This document shows positions 1 through 9,402 of a stretch of 64,000 bases of DNA, piece by piece. The position numbers were made by a program, and so were the translations under genes. The notes under the pieces are model-generated. The model searched no databases, had not been told where the DNA came from, and saw only the letters and a list, made by a program, of their open reading frames with translations. The DNA is taken from assembly GCA_944350315.1 (NCBI GenBank), contig CALVON010000041.1, positions 7,093 through 71,092 of the forward strand. The letters are read 5' to 3'. Source of the stretch: an uncultured Bacilli bacterium (GTDB taxonomy: Bacteria > Bacillota_I > Bacilli_A > RF39 > UBA660). Position 1 is the first letter of the stretch. The number at the start of each line of letters is the position of its first letter.

Positions 1-18
1 AAATAACAGAAATTTCTG

Positions 19-1236
19 CTACTTTTCTAATCTATTCATAATTTCTTTAAGAATCATCTCATTTTTATTATCTTTTGGATGATATAATTTTATATCCTTA
101 ATATTATCTGGTAGATATTGTTGTTTTACATAGCTATTTTTATAATTATGTGGATATTTATATTCATTACTAGGATTTTTTAGATGACTTGGCACGTTAC
201 CAGTATCAGCTGTTTCAATTAATGATAATGCACTATCAATTGCAGATTCAGCACTATTTGATTTTGGTGATAGAGCCATCTCAATTACTACTGCTGATAG
301 TGGAATTCTGGCTTCAGGCAGTCCTAACATTAAAGCACTATCAATAGCAGACATTACTTTAGGACCCATTTGTGGGTTAGCAAGACCAATATCTTCATAT
401 ACAATTACAGCCATTCTTCGGCAGATTGACTCTAATTCTCCCCCTAATATAAGGCGAGCAAGATAATAAACTGATGCGTGAACGTCACTTCCTCTAATCG
501 ACTTTTGAAAGGCACTTAATAAGTCGTAGTAGCCATCTTGATTTTTATCATGGAAAAGATTAGGTTTATTTGAAATATTTATTAATTTATCGGTAGTGAT
601 ATGGCAATCATCTGTAGCGTAATATGCTACTTCAATTAAATTATAAGCATATCTTAAATCATTTTTTGAAATATTAGCAATATATTCTTTAGCATCTTCA
701 TCAATTTTTAAATTACTTAATACATCTTTTTTAATAACTAAGTCAATTGCTTTTAATATATCTTTTTTTGATAGATCTTTTAGTTCAAATAATTGACATC
801 TACTTCTAATGGCTGGATTAATACTATGATATGGATTTGACGTTGTCATACCTATTAGGGTAATGATGCCACTTTCTAAAACTGGTAATAATAAATCTTG
901 TTTATCTTTATTTAAACGATGTATTTCATCCATTATAAGAACAAGACCATTATACATTTTTGCTTCATTTACAACTGTATCAAAGTCTTTTTTATTATTA
1001 ATAACAGCATTTAACATACGATATTTAACATTTAATTCTGAGACAATAGCCATTGCAATGGAAGTTTTTCCAATACCAGGCTTTCCATAAAGAATCATCG
1101 AAAATATTTTCTTATTTTTAACAAGATTAGTTAAAATTTTCCCTTCACCGATTAAATGTTCTTGTCCAATTACTTCGGAAAGTTTTTGCGGTCTCATTTT
1201 AATTGCTAATAGTTCATCCATATAATTACCTCGCAT
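19..1236 (-). CDS. rarA: Replication-associated recombination protein A (AAA+ ATPase of the RarA/MgsA family)
   Basis: 405 aa. Walker A GKPGIGKTS. Full-length similarity to the MgsA/RarA architecture: AAA core plus C-terminal MgsA_C-type helical domain. Confidence 0.85.
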   Translation of the reverse strand: MRGNYMDELLAIKMRPQKLSEVIGQEHLIGEGKILTNLVKNKKIFSMILYGKPGIGKTSIAMAIVSELNVKYRMLNAVINNKKDFDTVVNEAKMYNGLVLIMDEIHRLNKDKQDLLLPVLESGIITLIGMTTSNPYHSINPAIRSRCQLFELKDLSKKDILKAIDLVIKKDVLSNLKIDEDAKEYIANISKNDLRYAYNLIEVAYYATDDCHITTDKLINISNKPNLFHDKNQDGYYDLLSAFQKSIRGSDVHASVYYLARLILGGELESICRRMAVIVYEDIGLANPQMGPKVMSAIDSALMLGLPEARIPLSAVVIEMALSPKSNSAESAIDSALSLIETADTGNVPSHLKNPSNEYKYPHNYKNSYVKQQYLPDNIKDIKLYHPKDNKNEMILKEIMNRLEK

Positions 1237-1334
1237 GGTAATTATAACATGGATATATTTTGTTGTAAATAGATGACTTATTTATTAATTTACATATTTG
1301 AATATGCATGATATAATTATATAAAGGTAGTGGT

Positions 1335-2243
1335 ATGGTGATAGATTTAGATAAACTTAAAGGGAGAAAGAAAAATATAGAAATTTTAAATAACTATCAA
1401 GTATATCTTATTACTGTTAAATTTTTAAATGTAGAGACAACAATTAATTCTTATATATTAGATATATATAAATTGTTTGAATTTATTGATAAAGATTATG
1501 ATCTTATAAATAATAAAGATATATATAATTATTTAAAATATTTAGAAGAAGAAAATTATAGTATTTATTCAGTTGTTAGAAAAATTTCCTCTATAAAATC
1601 ATTTTATAATTACTTAGAAAGTGAGAATATATTAAAGGTAAATATAGATTTAGAAAGACCAAAGTTTTATAAAAAGTTACCTCATGTATTATCAATTGAT
1701 GAAGTTGATAGATTACTTGATTTTAAATTGGAAACACCATATGATTACCGAAATAAAGCAATGCTAGAATTAATGTATGCTACGGGACTTAGAGTTAGTG
1801 AACTAATTAATTTAACAAAAGCTAATGTAGATATTTCTAAAAATTTAGTTAGATGTTTTGGAAAAGGTAACAAAGAAAGAATTATACCAATGGGCAAGAC
1901 AGCATCTAAGTATTTAGAAAAATATATAGAAGAATATCGTGATTTATTTTTAAAAGGATATATTTGTGATAATTTATTTTTAAATAATCATGGTAAAAAG
2001 ATGACTAGGCAAGGATTTTTAAAAATTCTTAAAATTATTGCTGAAAAACAAGGAATTGAGGAAAACATTACCCCCCATATGCTAAGACATTCTTTTGCAA
2101 CGCATCTATTAAATAATGGAGCTGACTTACGTAGTATTCAGTTAATGTTAGGACATGAAAATATTTCTACTACAGGTATTTATACTAATGTAGGAACTGA
2201 TAAAATAAAGGAAAACTATGATTTATATTATCCAAAAGGGTAA
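1335..2243 (+). CDS. Site-specific tyrosine recombinase, XerC/XerD family
   Basis: 302 aa. C-terminal catalytic box RHSFATHLLNNGADLRSIQLMLGHENISTTGIYTNV carries the R..H..R..Y active-site pattern. N-terminal SAM-like domain. Confidence 0.8.
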   Translation: MVIDLDKLKGRKKNIEILNNYQVYLITVKFLNVETTINSYILDIYKLFEFIDKDYDLINNKDIYNYLKYLEEENYSIYSVVRKISSIKSFYNYLESENILKVNIDLERPKFYKKLPHVLSIDEVDRLLDFKLETPYDYRNKAMLELMYATGLRVSELINLTKANVDISKNLVRCFGKGNKERIIPMGKTASKYLEKYIEEYRDLFLKGYICDNLFLNNHGKKMTRQGFLKILKIIAEKQGIEENITPHMLRHSFATHLLNNGADLRSIQLMLGHENISTTGIYTNVGTDKIKENYDLYYPKG

Positions 2244-2260
2244 AATAGAAAGGAATAAAT

Positions 2261-3619
2261 ATGAATTTAGATAGTAAAATTTTTAGAGAATATGATATTA
2301 GAGGAGTATATCCAAGCGAATTGAATGAAGAGACCGCTTATTTGATAGGTAAGGCTTTTGGAACAAAATTATCTAGTTTAGGAAAAAAGACGACAGTTGT
2401 TGCTCATGATAATAGATTATCAAGTGAAGATCTTGAGAATAGCCTTATAAAAGGAATAATTGAAACTGGTATAGATGTTTATAGAATTGGTTTAGCAACG
2501 ACACCAATGTGTTATTTTGCTACGAATTATTATGGTGTAAATACTAGTATGATGATTACGGCTTCACATAACCCTAAAGAATATAATGGATTTAAATTTT
2601 CATATAATGGAATTCATAATGCATATGGAAGTGCTGTTAAAGAAATATATGAGATAATAGTTAAAGGTGAATTTGCTAGTGGCGTGGGTAAGATTATTGA
2701 CAAAGATATTACCAATGATTATATTGATTTAATATTAGAGAAAATTAATCTTGGGAAAAGGCACATAAAAGTAGTGTATGATTGTGGTAATGGAACAACA
2801 TCCATTATTGCTAGAAAAATATTTGAGAAATTAAATGTTGAATCTATACCTCTTTTTGATACATCTGATGGTAATTTTCCTAATCATCATCCTGATCCAT
2901 GTGTTTATGAGAATTTAACTAAATTAAAAGAAAAAGTTTTAGAAGTTAGGGCAGATTTAGGAATTGGTTATGATGGCGATGGCGATAGAGTAGGGTTTAT
3001 TGATGAATTGGGAAATATGATAGAAACTGATAAATTTATGATTATTATGTGGCGTTATCTATTTGATAAAGTTAGTAATAAAGCTTGTTTATTTGATGTA
3101 AAGTGTAGTAAGGCTTTGGAAGATGAACTTATAAAACTAAATGTTAAACCAGTTGAATATAGAACAGGAAATTCTTATACAAGAGCAGCTTCATATGAAG
3201 GTGATTATCCACTTAGTGGAGAATTATCAGGGCATGTCTATTTTCGTGATAAATTTCCTGGATATGATGATGGCATATATGCAGGAATGCGTTTAATTGA
3301 ATTACTTTCAAATACTGATAAGTCAGTTAGTATGTTACTAGATGGTATCAATAAATACTATTCTACTCCGGAAATTAAAGTTGCAGTAGCTGATGAAAAA
3401 AAGTTTTCAATTATTGATAAAATGACAAAATATTGTGAATCTAAAAAATATAATATTATTACTATCGATGGGGTAAAAGCTAAATTTAATGATGGTTTTG
3501 CCTTAGTGAGAGCATCAAATACTGGGCCAAATATTACAATGCGTTTTGAAGCAACCAGTGAAAAGAGACTTCAAGAAATACAAAAAGAATTTACAGATGA
3601 ATTAAATAAATATATTTAA
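2261..3619 (+). CDS. Phosphomannomutase/phosphoglucomutase (alpha-D-phosphohexomutase family)
   Basis: 452 aa. N-terminal FREYDIRG, active-site loop TASHNPKEYNGFKF, metal-binding GYDGDGDR. Confidence 0.85.
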   Translation: MNLDSKIFREYDIRGVYPSELNEETAYLIGKAFGTKLSSLGKKTTVVAHDNRLSSEDLENSLIKGIIETGIDVYRIGLATTPMCYFATNYYGVNTSMMITASHNPKEYNGFKFSYNGIHNAYGSAVKEIYEIIVKGEFASGVGKIIDKDITNDYIDLILEKINLGKRHIKVVYDCGNGTTSIIARKIFEKLNVESIPLFDTSDGNFPNHHPDPCVYENLTKLKEKVLEVRADLGIGYDGDGDRVGFIDELGNMIETDKFMIIMWRYLFDKVSNKACLFDVKCSKALEDELIKLNVKPVEYRTGNSYTRAASYEGDYPLSGELSGHVYFRDKFPGYDDGIYAGMRLIELLSNTDKSVSMLLDGINKYYSTPEIKVAVADEKKFSIIDKMTKYCESKKYNIITIDGVKAKFNDGFALVRASNTGPNITMRFEATSEKRLQEIQKEFTDELNKYI

Positions 3620-3697
3620 AAAGACACATTTAAAATTATTTTGTGTCAAATGACATTTATCTATTGAATAAAAATATAATAGTGTGATATAATTAAA

Positions 3698-3877
3698 CTA
3701 CCTAGAGGATACGACAACTAGATTTAAAACCGACAAAGATATATGAAGGGAATCTAATTTCTTGTATGTGTTGAATGCTTAATAAAATTATTAAGAATCC
3801 TAATTACTTGAATGTGATTACCCACCTGTGTGTTAACGCGCGGGTTTTATCTTCCTAGTATCGGTTCTTTGGGTAGA
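3698..3877 (+). ncRNA. ssrS: Candidate 6S RNA (ssrS-like)
   Basis: About 180 nt within a 318-nt intergenic gap. The 5' end ctacctagaggat (3698-3710) pairs with the 3' end gttctttgggtag (3865-3877). Additional interrupted pairs follow: cga/tcg, ctag/ctag, aaaacc/ggtttt. An internal terminal hairpin cttaata-aaat-tattaag is present. The element sits immediately upstream of the thiF-family tcdA/yrvM homologue, the genomic context in which 6S RNA is reported in Bacillus and other Firmicutes. A hairpin with T-tract follows. Confidence 0.4.
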
Positions 3878-3890
3878 CTTTGTTGACAAA

Positions 3891-3924
3891 AAGAGATAAT
3901 TTTGATATTATCTCTTTATTGTTT
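3891..3924 (+). terminator. Intrinsic terminator-like hairpin (11-bp stem aaagagataat / attatctcttt) followed by ATTGTTTT
   Basis: Perfect 11-bp inverted repeat with a 5-nt loop and a downstream T-rich run. It lies between the candidate 6S RNA and the tcdA RBS (ggagg at 3926-3930). Confidence 0.5.
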
Positions 3925-3937
3925 TGGAGGTTTTTTT

Positions 3938-4630
3938 ATGTTTGATAGGGTAGTTTCTTTATTAGGAGAAGATAATTATTATAAAATTAAAAATGCCACC
4001 GTATTAGTAGTAGGTATTGGTGGTGTAGGCGGATATGCTGTTGAGTCACTAGTTAGAAGTGGGATAGAAAATATTATTTTAGTTGATTATGATACTATTG
4101 ATATTAGTAATTTAAATAGACAGATTATTTCTGATAGTACTAATATTGGTAATGATAAAGTAGTAGAGTGGGAAAAAAGAATTGCATTAATTAATCCTAA
4201 TTGTAGGGTAATTACTTATAAATTGTTTTTAAATAAAGATAATATTAATATTTTAGATAATTATCATATTGATTATATCATAGATGCTTGTGATAATGTT
4301 CCGGCTAAAAAATTATTAATTAATTATGCAATTAAGAAAGATATTAAATTAATTTCTAGCATGGGGACTGCTAATAAAATAGATCCTTTAAAATTAACAA
4401 TAACAAATATAAAAAATACAAGTTATGATCCATTAGCAAAAATAATAAGGAAGTATGTTAATAGTTTACATACAAATAAAAAAATAATGGTTGTTTCATC
4501 AAGCGAAAAGCCAATAAAACGTAGTAATTTATCAAGTGTTGTTTTTGTTCCAGCTACAGCAGGAATTTTGTGTGCTAATTATGTAATTAAAGATATAATT
4601 GAGAATAAAAATAGTATTATGGAAGGATGA
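3938..4630 (+). CDS. tcdA: tRNA threonylcarbamoyladenosine dehydratase (ThiF/MoeB E1-like family, YrvM/TcdA)
   Basis: Rossmann motif VLVVGIGGVGGYAVESLVRSG and the ThiF-type NLNRQ motif. Likely start is the ATG at 3938 with RBS GGAGG. The six-frame ORF begins at 3902. Confidence 0.8.
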   Translation: MFDRVVSLLGEDNYYKIKNATVLVVGIGGVGGYAVESLVRSGIENIILVDYDTIDISNLNRQIISDSTNIGNDKVVEWEKRIALINPNCRVITYKLFLNKDNINILDNYHIDYIIDACDNVPAKKLLINYAIKKDIKLISSMGTANKIDPLKLTITNIKNTSYDPLAKIIRKYVNSLHTNKKIMVVSSSEKPIKRSNLSSVVFVPATAGILCANYVIKDIIENKNSIMEG

Positions 4631-5094
4631 TGTTTATGCTTAATAAAAATTATATAAAAGTAAGTAGTTCTAGTATTACTAAAAAAAATGTGAAAGATGG
4701 AAATATTATTGAAGAGAGAGATTTTGCTACTGATACTTTTAAAAAATATAATATTCCATTAAAATATCAAGCAATGATATTGAGAAATTGTTATACATTA
4801 TCATTTAAAAGGTCAGATATGTATGAAGTAACTACCGATAAAAAGTTTACTTTAGCGGAAATTAAAACTTCTGAGACAGGGGAGCCAATTATGGTGGGTG
4901 ATTTTGAAGAAGATACGGATACTTTTATAAATGGCTCTTTCGTAGAATTAACAGATGAAGAAACAATTAACTTTTTTAATGAAATAGTAAAAGCCGGATT
5001 AGCTAAAAATTATGAAAAAGCTATTCAAGATATATTTGCTAAGCAATTTAGCTTATTTAATTGTTTATTTAGAAAAAGAATAAGGAAAAAGTAA
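4627..5094 (+). CDS. Hypothetical protein, overlapping the tcdA stop by ATGA
   Basis: 155 aa, no recognisable motif. Translationally coupled to tcdA. Confidence 0.5.
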   Translation: MMFMLNKNYIKVSSSSITKKNVKDGNIIEERDFATDTFKKYNIPLKYQAMILRNCYTLSFKRSDMYEVTTDKKFTLAEIKTSETGEPIMVGDFEEDTDTFINGSFVELTDEETINFFNEIVKAGLAKNYEKAIQDIFAKQFSLFNCLFRKRIRKK

Positions 5095-5112
5095 AACCCT
5101 TATTCTTTTTTA
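5076..5112. terminator. Bidirectional intrinsic terminator between convergent genes
   Basis: 10-bp stem aagaataagg / ccttattctt followed by TTTTT, between the converging 4627..5094 (+) and 5100..6593 (-) ORFs. Confidence 0.5.
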
Positions 5113-6593
5113 TAATCTCTAAAATCTATAATTAATGCTCTTTTTTTACCAAATGTTGATGGTTTTAATTGTGATAGTTTGAAGCAGGCTTCTTGAATTG
5201 ATCCATTATATATTCTTTTACTATTTTTTAAACTTTTAATAATATGATCAATTGATAAAAATGGAGAATCTTCATATACAGCATATGATATACTTTTATC
5301 TATTATAGATATTATTAAATCAGGATTGTATACCATATCACTATAGATACGATGTTTTTTTGATGTATATACTATTAAAATATTTATTATTTCATCTAAT
5401 ATATCAGATATTTTATCTAGTGAAACATATCTTTTCATAGAAGATACAATAATATAATTTTTAACTATATCATAAAGTAATTTATTATCTGGTTCATCAA
5501 TTTGAATTACTTCAAACCGTCTATTTAAGGAAGAGTTAGCAATAAAACTTTGATAATCATCTTCAGTAGTCGTGGCAATTAGATGAGCATTATCTCTATC
5601 AATATAGTGTTTAATTATTGATGAAATATTACTAGTTTGTGATTCGGCATTTCTAAATATATTATGAAAATCATCAATAAAAAGTATACTGTTATTTTCC
5701 CTTACAAAATTAAAAATTTCTTTTATATTATTTTCTAAATCTCCACGGTATGCAGTATTTGCTAAAATATCACTAGCAGATGTTTCAAAAATTGTTTTTC
5801 CTTTTAAAAAACTTGGTATTTGTCCAGTCTGAATCAAGAATGCTAATTGATCTACTAAAGAAGTTTTACCTACACCAGGTTTTCCTACAATTAAAGGGAA
5901 CCTTTTATCGGTAGCTAGTGTAACAATTATTTCTTGTATTTCTTTTTCCCTTCCAACTGCCGGAGCATAGTAATAGTATTGATCGGTTAAAATTCTTCCT
6001 AAATCGCTATTTTTCTTTTTTTCACGTTTACTAGGAATCATTTTCTTCTTTTCCTCTTTTATTGTTTTTAATAATTCATTAATTTCTTGTTGCTTATAAT
6101 TTGTGTTAGCTTTAATATATTCAACTAAACTTTTCTCTTTTAGGTTATCAAAATTAAAATTAAGAATTCTTAATAAAACAACAAAATCTTTTGTTTCTTT
6201 TGCACTATATCTTTTAATGAATAAATGTAAAATGGTTTCATTTGCACAATTTATAGCATTAATGTTAATTTTAGGAAATCTTTTACATATTTGGTAAAGT
6301 ATTATTTTAACTTGATTTAGACTTAAAGTTGAATTATTTATTAATTCATGTAAAAATGAATTTTCATAGCTGTTAGTAGAATTAACTGATATCCCTGATA
6401 ACAATAATGAATTATACACAGACATTAAATTATCAAATGTCGTAATATTTCTATTCATTGCTAGTAGGTGAAGAATGGTATCATCATATTTATCTACATA
6501 TTCAATTGAACCAAATTCTTCTTCAAATATCTTATCATCAATATTTTCTTCTTCTGCTTTTTTTAAAATTCTTTCTATGTGATTATTTATCAT
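5100..6593 (-). CDS. Clp/Hsp100-type single-module AAA+ ATPase with degenerate Clp_N-like N-terminal repeats
   Basis: 497 aa. Walker A LIVGKPGVGKTSL. AYRGDLENNIKEIF resembles ClpA/B D1 AGxKYRGEFEERLK. The Walker B is ILFIDDFHNIF, with Asp in place of the canonical Glu. The sensor/arginine region LIATTTEDDYQSF..NRRFEVIQIDEP resembles ClpB ATTLDEYRQ..RRFQ. The N-terminus carries two ..LHLLA / ..LHELI motifs reminiscent of Clp_N repeats. There is no D2 module. Confidence 0.6.
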   Translation of the reverse strand: MINNHIERILKKAEEENIDDKIFEEEFGSIEYVDKYDDTILHLLAMNRNITTFDNLMSVYNSLLLSGISVNSTNSYENSFLHELINNSTLSLNQVKIILYQICKRFPKININAINCANETILHLFIKRYSAKETKDFVVLLRILNFNFDNLKEKSLVEYIKANTNYKQQEINELLKTIKEEKKKMIPSKREKKKNSDLGRILTDQYYYYAPAVGREKEIQEIIVTLATDKRFPLIVGKPGVGKTSLVDQLAFLIQTGQIPSFLKGKTIFETSASDILANTAYRGDLENNIKEIFNFVRENNSILFIDDFHNIFRNAESQTSNISSIIKHYIDRDNAHLIATTTEDDYQSFIANSSLNRRFEVIQIDEPDNKLLYDIVKNYIIVSSMKRYVSLDKISDILDEIINILIVYTSKKHRIYSDMVYNPDLIISIIDKSISYAVYEDSPFLSIDHIIKSLKNSKRIYNGSIQEACFKLSQLKPSTFGKKRALIIDFRDYKKE

Positions 6594-6672
6594 GTTTACT
6601 TCCTTTCTTTGATGTTAATTATTTTAACATATGTTTTTAATTTTTAAAATAAAAATAATCGATTTATCTCGA

Positions 6673-6942
6673 TTATTTATTTTCCATTTTATTTACTTTT
6701 AAAGTTAATCTTGATTTTTCTCTGTCTACTTTATTTCTATGAACTAATCCTTTTGATTTTGCATTATCTAAGCTTTTTATTGCTAGTTTTAAATTTTTTT
6801 CAGCTTCTTCTTTATTACCAGCTAATACAGCTTTATCTGTTCTTTTAATAGCATTTTTTACAGTAGATTTTAATTGTTCATGTGCTTTTGTTCTTTTAAT
6901 AATTTGCTGAATTTTCTTTTTTGCATTTTTAACATTTGCCAT
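6673..6942 (-). CDS. rpsT: 30S ribosomal protein S20
   Basis: 89 aa. MANVKNAKKKIQQIIKRTKAH... is the typical S20 N-terminus. A terminator hairpin at 6641-6672 lies on the minus strand. Confidence 0.9.
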   Translation of the reverse strand: MANVKNAKKKIQQIIKRTKAHEQLKSTVKNAIKRTDKAVLAGNKEEAEKNLKLAIKSLDNAKSKGLVHRNKVDREKSRLTLKVNKMENK

Positions 6943-7066
6943 TTAATTCATCTCCTTCCAATAACTACATATAATTCTATCAAAAAAAATATAAAAAAGC
7001 AAATAAAATTAATACTTTTTGTAAAAAATATTATTATAAATAAAATATGAAAGGATTTATTGTAAT

Positions 7067-8044
7067 ATGAATAATATTGATTTATCTAATTATAATATTA
7101 GAACTGATTTAATTATTGAAAATAATAATTTAGCCCACGAAGAATTAGATATTGATGGAATAAAAATAACAAGTACTAATGAAAATGGTCATTATGTGAC
7201 TTTATTGTTTGATGATATTACCGATTTTGAACATCGTGAGATAGTAGGAAAACATTTTGAGAGTGTTTTAAAAGACTTTTTAAAATTAAATAAAATAAAA
7301 GAGGATGATAGTTGTTTAGTTGTAGGTCTTGGTAATAGATTCTCTACTCCTGATAGTTTAGGAGTAAAAACAGTTGATAGTGTCATTGTGACAAATCATT
7401 TATTTTTGCTTGGTAATGTAAAAGAAGGCATTAGAAGAGTTTTTTCAATATCGCCAGGTGTAATGGCAGCAACAGGAATAGAATCTTTTACAATCATAAA
7501 AGCAATAATTGAAAAGATAAAGCCAGATTTTGTTATAGCCATTGATGCTTTAGCTAGTAAAGATATCGATAGATTAAATAAAACAATTCAAATAACTGAT
7601 ACAGGAATACATCCCGGTTCTGGTGTTGGAAATAATCGATTAGAAATTAGCAAAAAAACAATCGGTATTCCAGTTATTGCTATAGGAGTACCAACCGTTA
7701 CCTCATCTTCTACGATAGTTATTGATACGATTAATTATTTGTATAAACATATTACATACATTAAAGAGAATGAACAGACAAATAAATTATCTTTTTATAG
7801 AAAAAATTACCGACAAAAGATACATAATTTAGATATGCCAAAAGAAGATAAGGCTAATTTTTTAGGTTTATTTGGGACATTATCTGATAAAGAGATGCGT
7901 GGGTTAATCGATGAAGTTTTAAATAATACAGAATTAAATTTAATTGTTACTCCAACTGAAATAGATTTTTTAGTAGATAAACTAAGTAATTTAATTGCAT
8001 CTTCAATTAATAATGCTCTTCATCGACAAATAAATCATTTTTAA
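7067..8044 (+). CDS. gpr: Germination protease (spore endopeptidase Gpr)
   Basis: 325 aa. N-terminus ..YNIRTDLIIENN matches Gpr. The conserved rpsT-gpr-spoIIP synteny of spore formers is present. Confidence 0.8.
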   Translation: MNNIDLSNYNIRTDLIIENNNLAHEELDIDGIKITSTNENGHYVTLLFDDITDFEHREIVGKHFESVLKDFLKLNKIKEDDSCLVVGLGNRFSTPDSLGVKTVDSVIVTNHLFLLGNVKEGIRRVFSISPGVMAATGIESFTIIKAIIEKIKPDFVIAIDALASKDIDRLNKTIQITDTGIHPGSGVGNNRLEISKKTIGIPVIAIGVPTVTSSSTIVIDTINYLYKHITYIKENEQTNKLSFYRKNYRQKIHNLDMPKEDKANFLGLFGTLSDKEMRGLIDEVLNNTELNLIVTPTEIDFLVDKLSNLIASSINNALHRQINHF

Positions 8045-8075
8045 AAGTATATAATATAGTAAAGATATTTTTAAG

Positions 8076-9086
8076 GTGATTACTATGGCTCATATGAAAT
8101 TAAAAAAAATTCCTAAAAGAAAGAAGATTAAATATCTATTTTTAATTATTATATTATATTTTATTTTAGCGTATACATTTTATAATTCATTTAATAATAA
8201 TAGTAATTTTTATAATAAAGAATTTATTAATTTTCTTTTAAATAATGGTAATTCTAATTACATAAGTGAATATAAAATACCACAATTTTTTAATAAAACT
8301 ATAAACTTTTTATTAAAAATTGATTTAACAGAACCTGATACTATTTTAGATACCAGTATTATAGGATATCAAAATAATTTTGATGATAATGATGAGTATA
8401 GTGACTTAGAAAAATTAAAAGAAATTAGTTATTATATGGAAGATCCTAATAAGGTAGATATTGATAATCCTATTGTCTATATATATAATTCTCATCAATT
8501 AGAAAATTATAATAATGAAAATTTATCAATATATGGAATTACTCCAAATGTTTTAATGGCTAGTTATTTATTAAAAGAAAAATTAAATGAATCAGGTATT
8601 TCTACGATCGTTGAAGATACCAATTTAACAGAATTTTTATCATTAAATAATTGGGATTATTCTAGTTCATATAAAGCTAGCAGAATATTTATGTTAGATA
8701 AAAAAAATACTTATAGTACTCTTAAATATTATATAGATATCCATAGAGATTCTGTAAATAAAAAAGTAACTTCTGTCAATATTAATAATAAAGATTATGC
8801 TAGAATATTATTTGTAGTTGGTCTAGAACATGATAATTATCAAAAAAATTTAACTTTAGTAGAAAATATTAATAAAATAATTGATGAAAAGTATCCTGGA
8901 TTAAGTAGAGGTATATATAAAAAAGAAGGAGCAGGCGTAAATGGCATTTACAATCAAGATATATCTGATAAAGTAATGTTAATAGAGTTAGGAGGAGTGG
9001 ATAATACAATTGATGAAGTTATGAATACAATTAATGCTTTGACTGATGTATTATCTACTTATATAAAAGAAAATGAAAAAATATAA
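8076..9086 (+). CDS. spoIIP: Stage II sporulation protein P (SpoIIP, amidase/peptidase)
   Basis: 336 aa. N-terminal TM segment. Contains the IYIYNSHQLENY motif (compare IYHTHTxEA in SpoIIP). Sits immediately after gpr. Confidence 0.75.
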   Translation: MITMAHMKLKKIPKRKKIKYLFLIIILYFILAYTFYNSFNNNSNFYNKEFINFLLNNGNSNYISEYKIPQFFNKTINFLLKIDLTEPDTILDTSIIGYQNNFDDNDEYSDLEKLKEISYYMEDPNKVDIDNPIVYIYNSHQLENYNNENLSIYGITPNVLMASYLLKEKLNESGISTIVEDTNLTEFLSLNNWDYSSSYKASRIFMLDKKNTYSTLKYYIDIHRDSVNKKVTSVNINNKDYARILFVVGLEHDNYQKNLTLVENINKIIDEKYPGLSRGIYKKEGAGVNGIYNQDISDKVMLIELGGVDNTIDEVMNTINALTDVLSTYIKENEKI

Positions 9087-9402
9087 ATTATTAGATATAA
9101 TAATTGTCATTATCTTTTTAATTTTTGTTTGCTCTTATTACATATCTAATTCTGGATACTATGAGTATGAATTAAATAAAAAAACAGTACTTACTAATGA
9201 AAAAATTAAAGAGTTTGAAGAAGATGTTAAGAATAATATGGATGTAGATATTAAAGAATATCTTTTGGACGAAGAAGTTAGTTATGCAAATAAAATTACA
9301 AATGCTATATACGAGCTAAGTGATAGTGGTAATAAATTGGTAAAAAAAGGATTAAAAAGTATTTTTAAAAAGTTAAGTAATTTTATTGAAGAAGATGATT
9401 AA
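9073..9402 (+). CDS. Small membrane protein (YqxA-like position downstream of spoIIP)
   Basis: 109 aa with an N-terminal TM helix. Overlaps the spoIIP end. Confidence 0.5.
   Translation: MKKYKLLDIIIVIIFLIFVCSYYISNSGYYEYELNKKTVLTNEKIKEFEEDVKNNMDVDIKEYLLDEEVSYANKITNAIYELSDSGNKLVKKGLKSIFKKLSNFIEEDD

Noticed and set aside
863-1090. Short ORFs nested in or antisense to long genes (for example 863..1090, 6103..6297, 7192..7386, 9718..9951, 18238..18426, 21938..22279, 51992..52273, 53069..53518, 57507..57770, 58059..58325, 61610..61897, 63730..63984)
   Set aside because: All lie inside longer ORFs with clear homology on the other strand or frame. They have low-complexity AT-codon composition and no RBS, so they are taken as spurious.
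3700-3890. T-box leader upstream of tcdA (acccacc / gcgcggg segments looked vaguely like a T-box sequence)
   Set aside because: The conserved AGGGUGGNACCGCG box is absent on the coding-strand orientation. The 6S-like two-arm fold and tcdA/yrvM synteny explain the region better.
5100-5700. Ankyrin-repeat annotation for the N-terminus of the Clp-like ATPase
   Set aside because: The ..LHLL.. spacing and context fit degenerate Clp_N repeats at least as well. No clear ankyrin G-TPLH-A consensus, so the region is left as Clp_N-like or uncertain.
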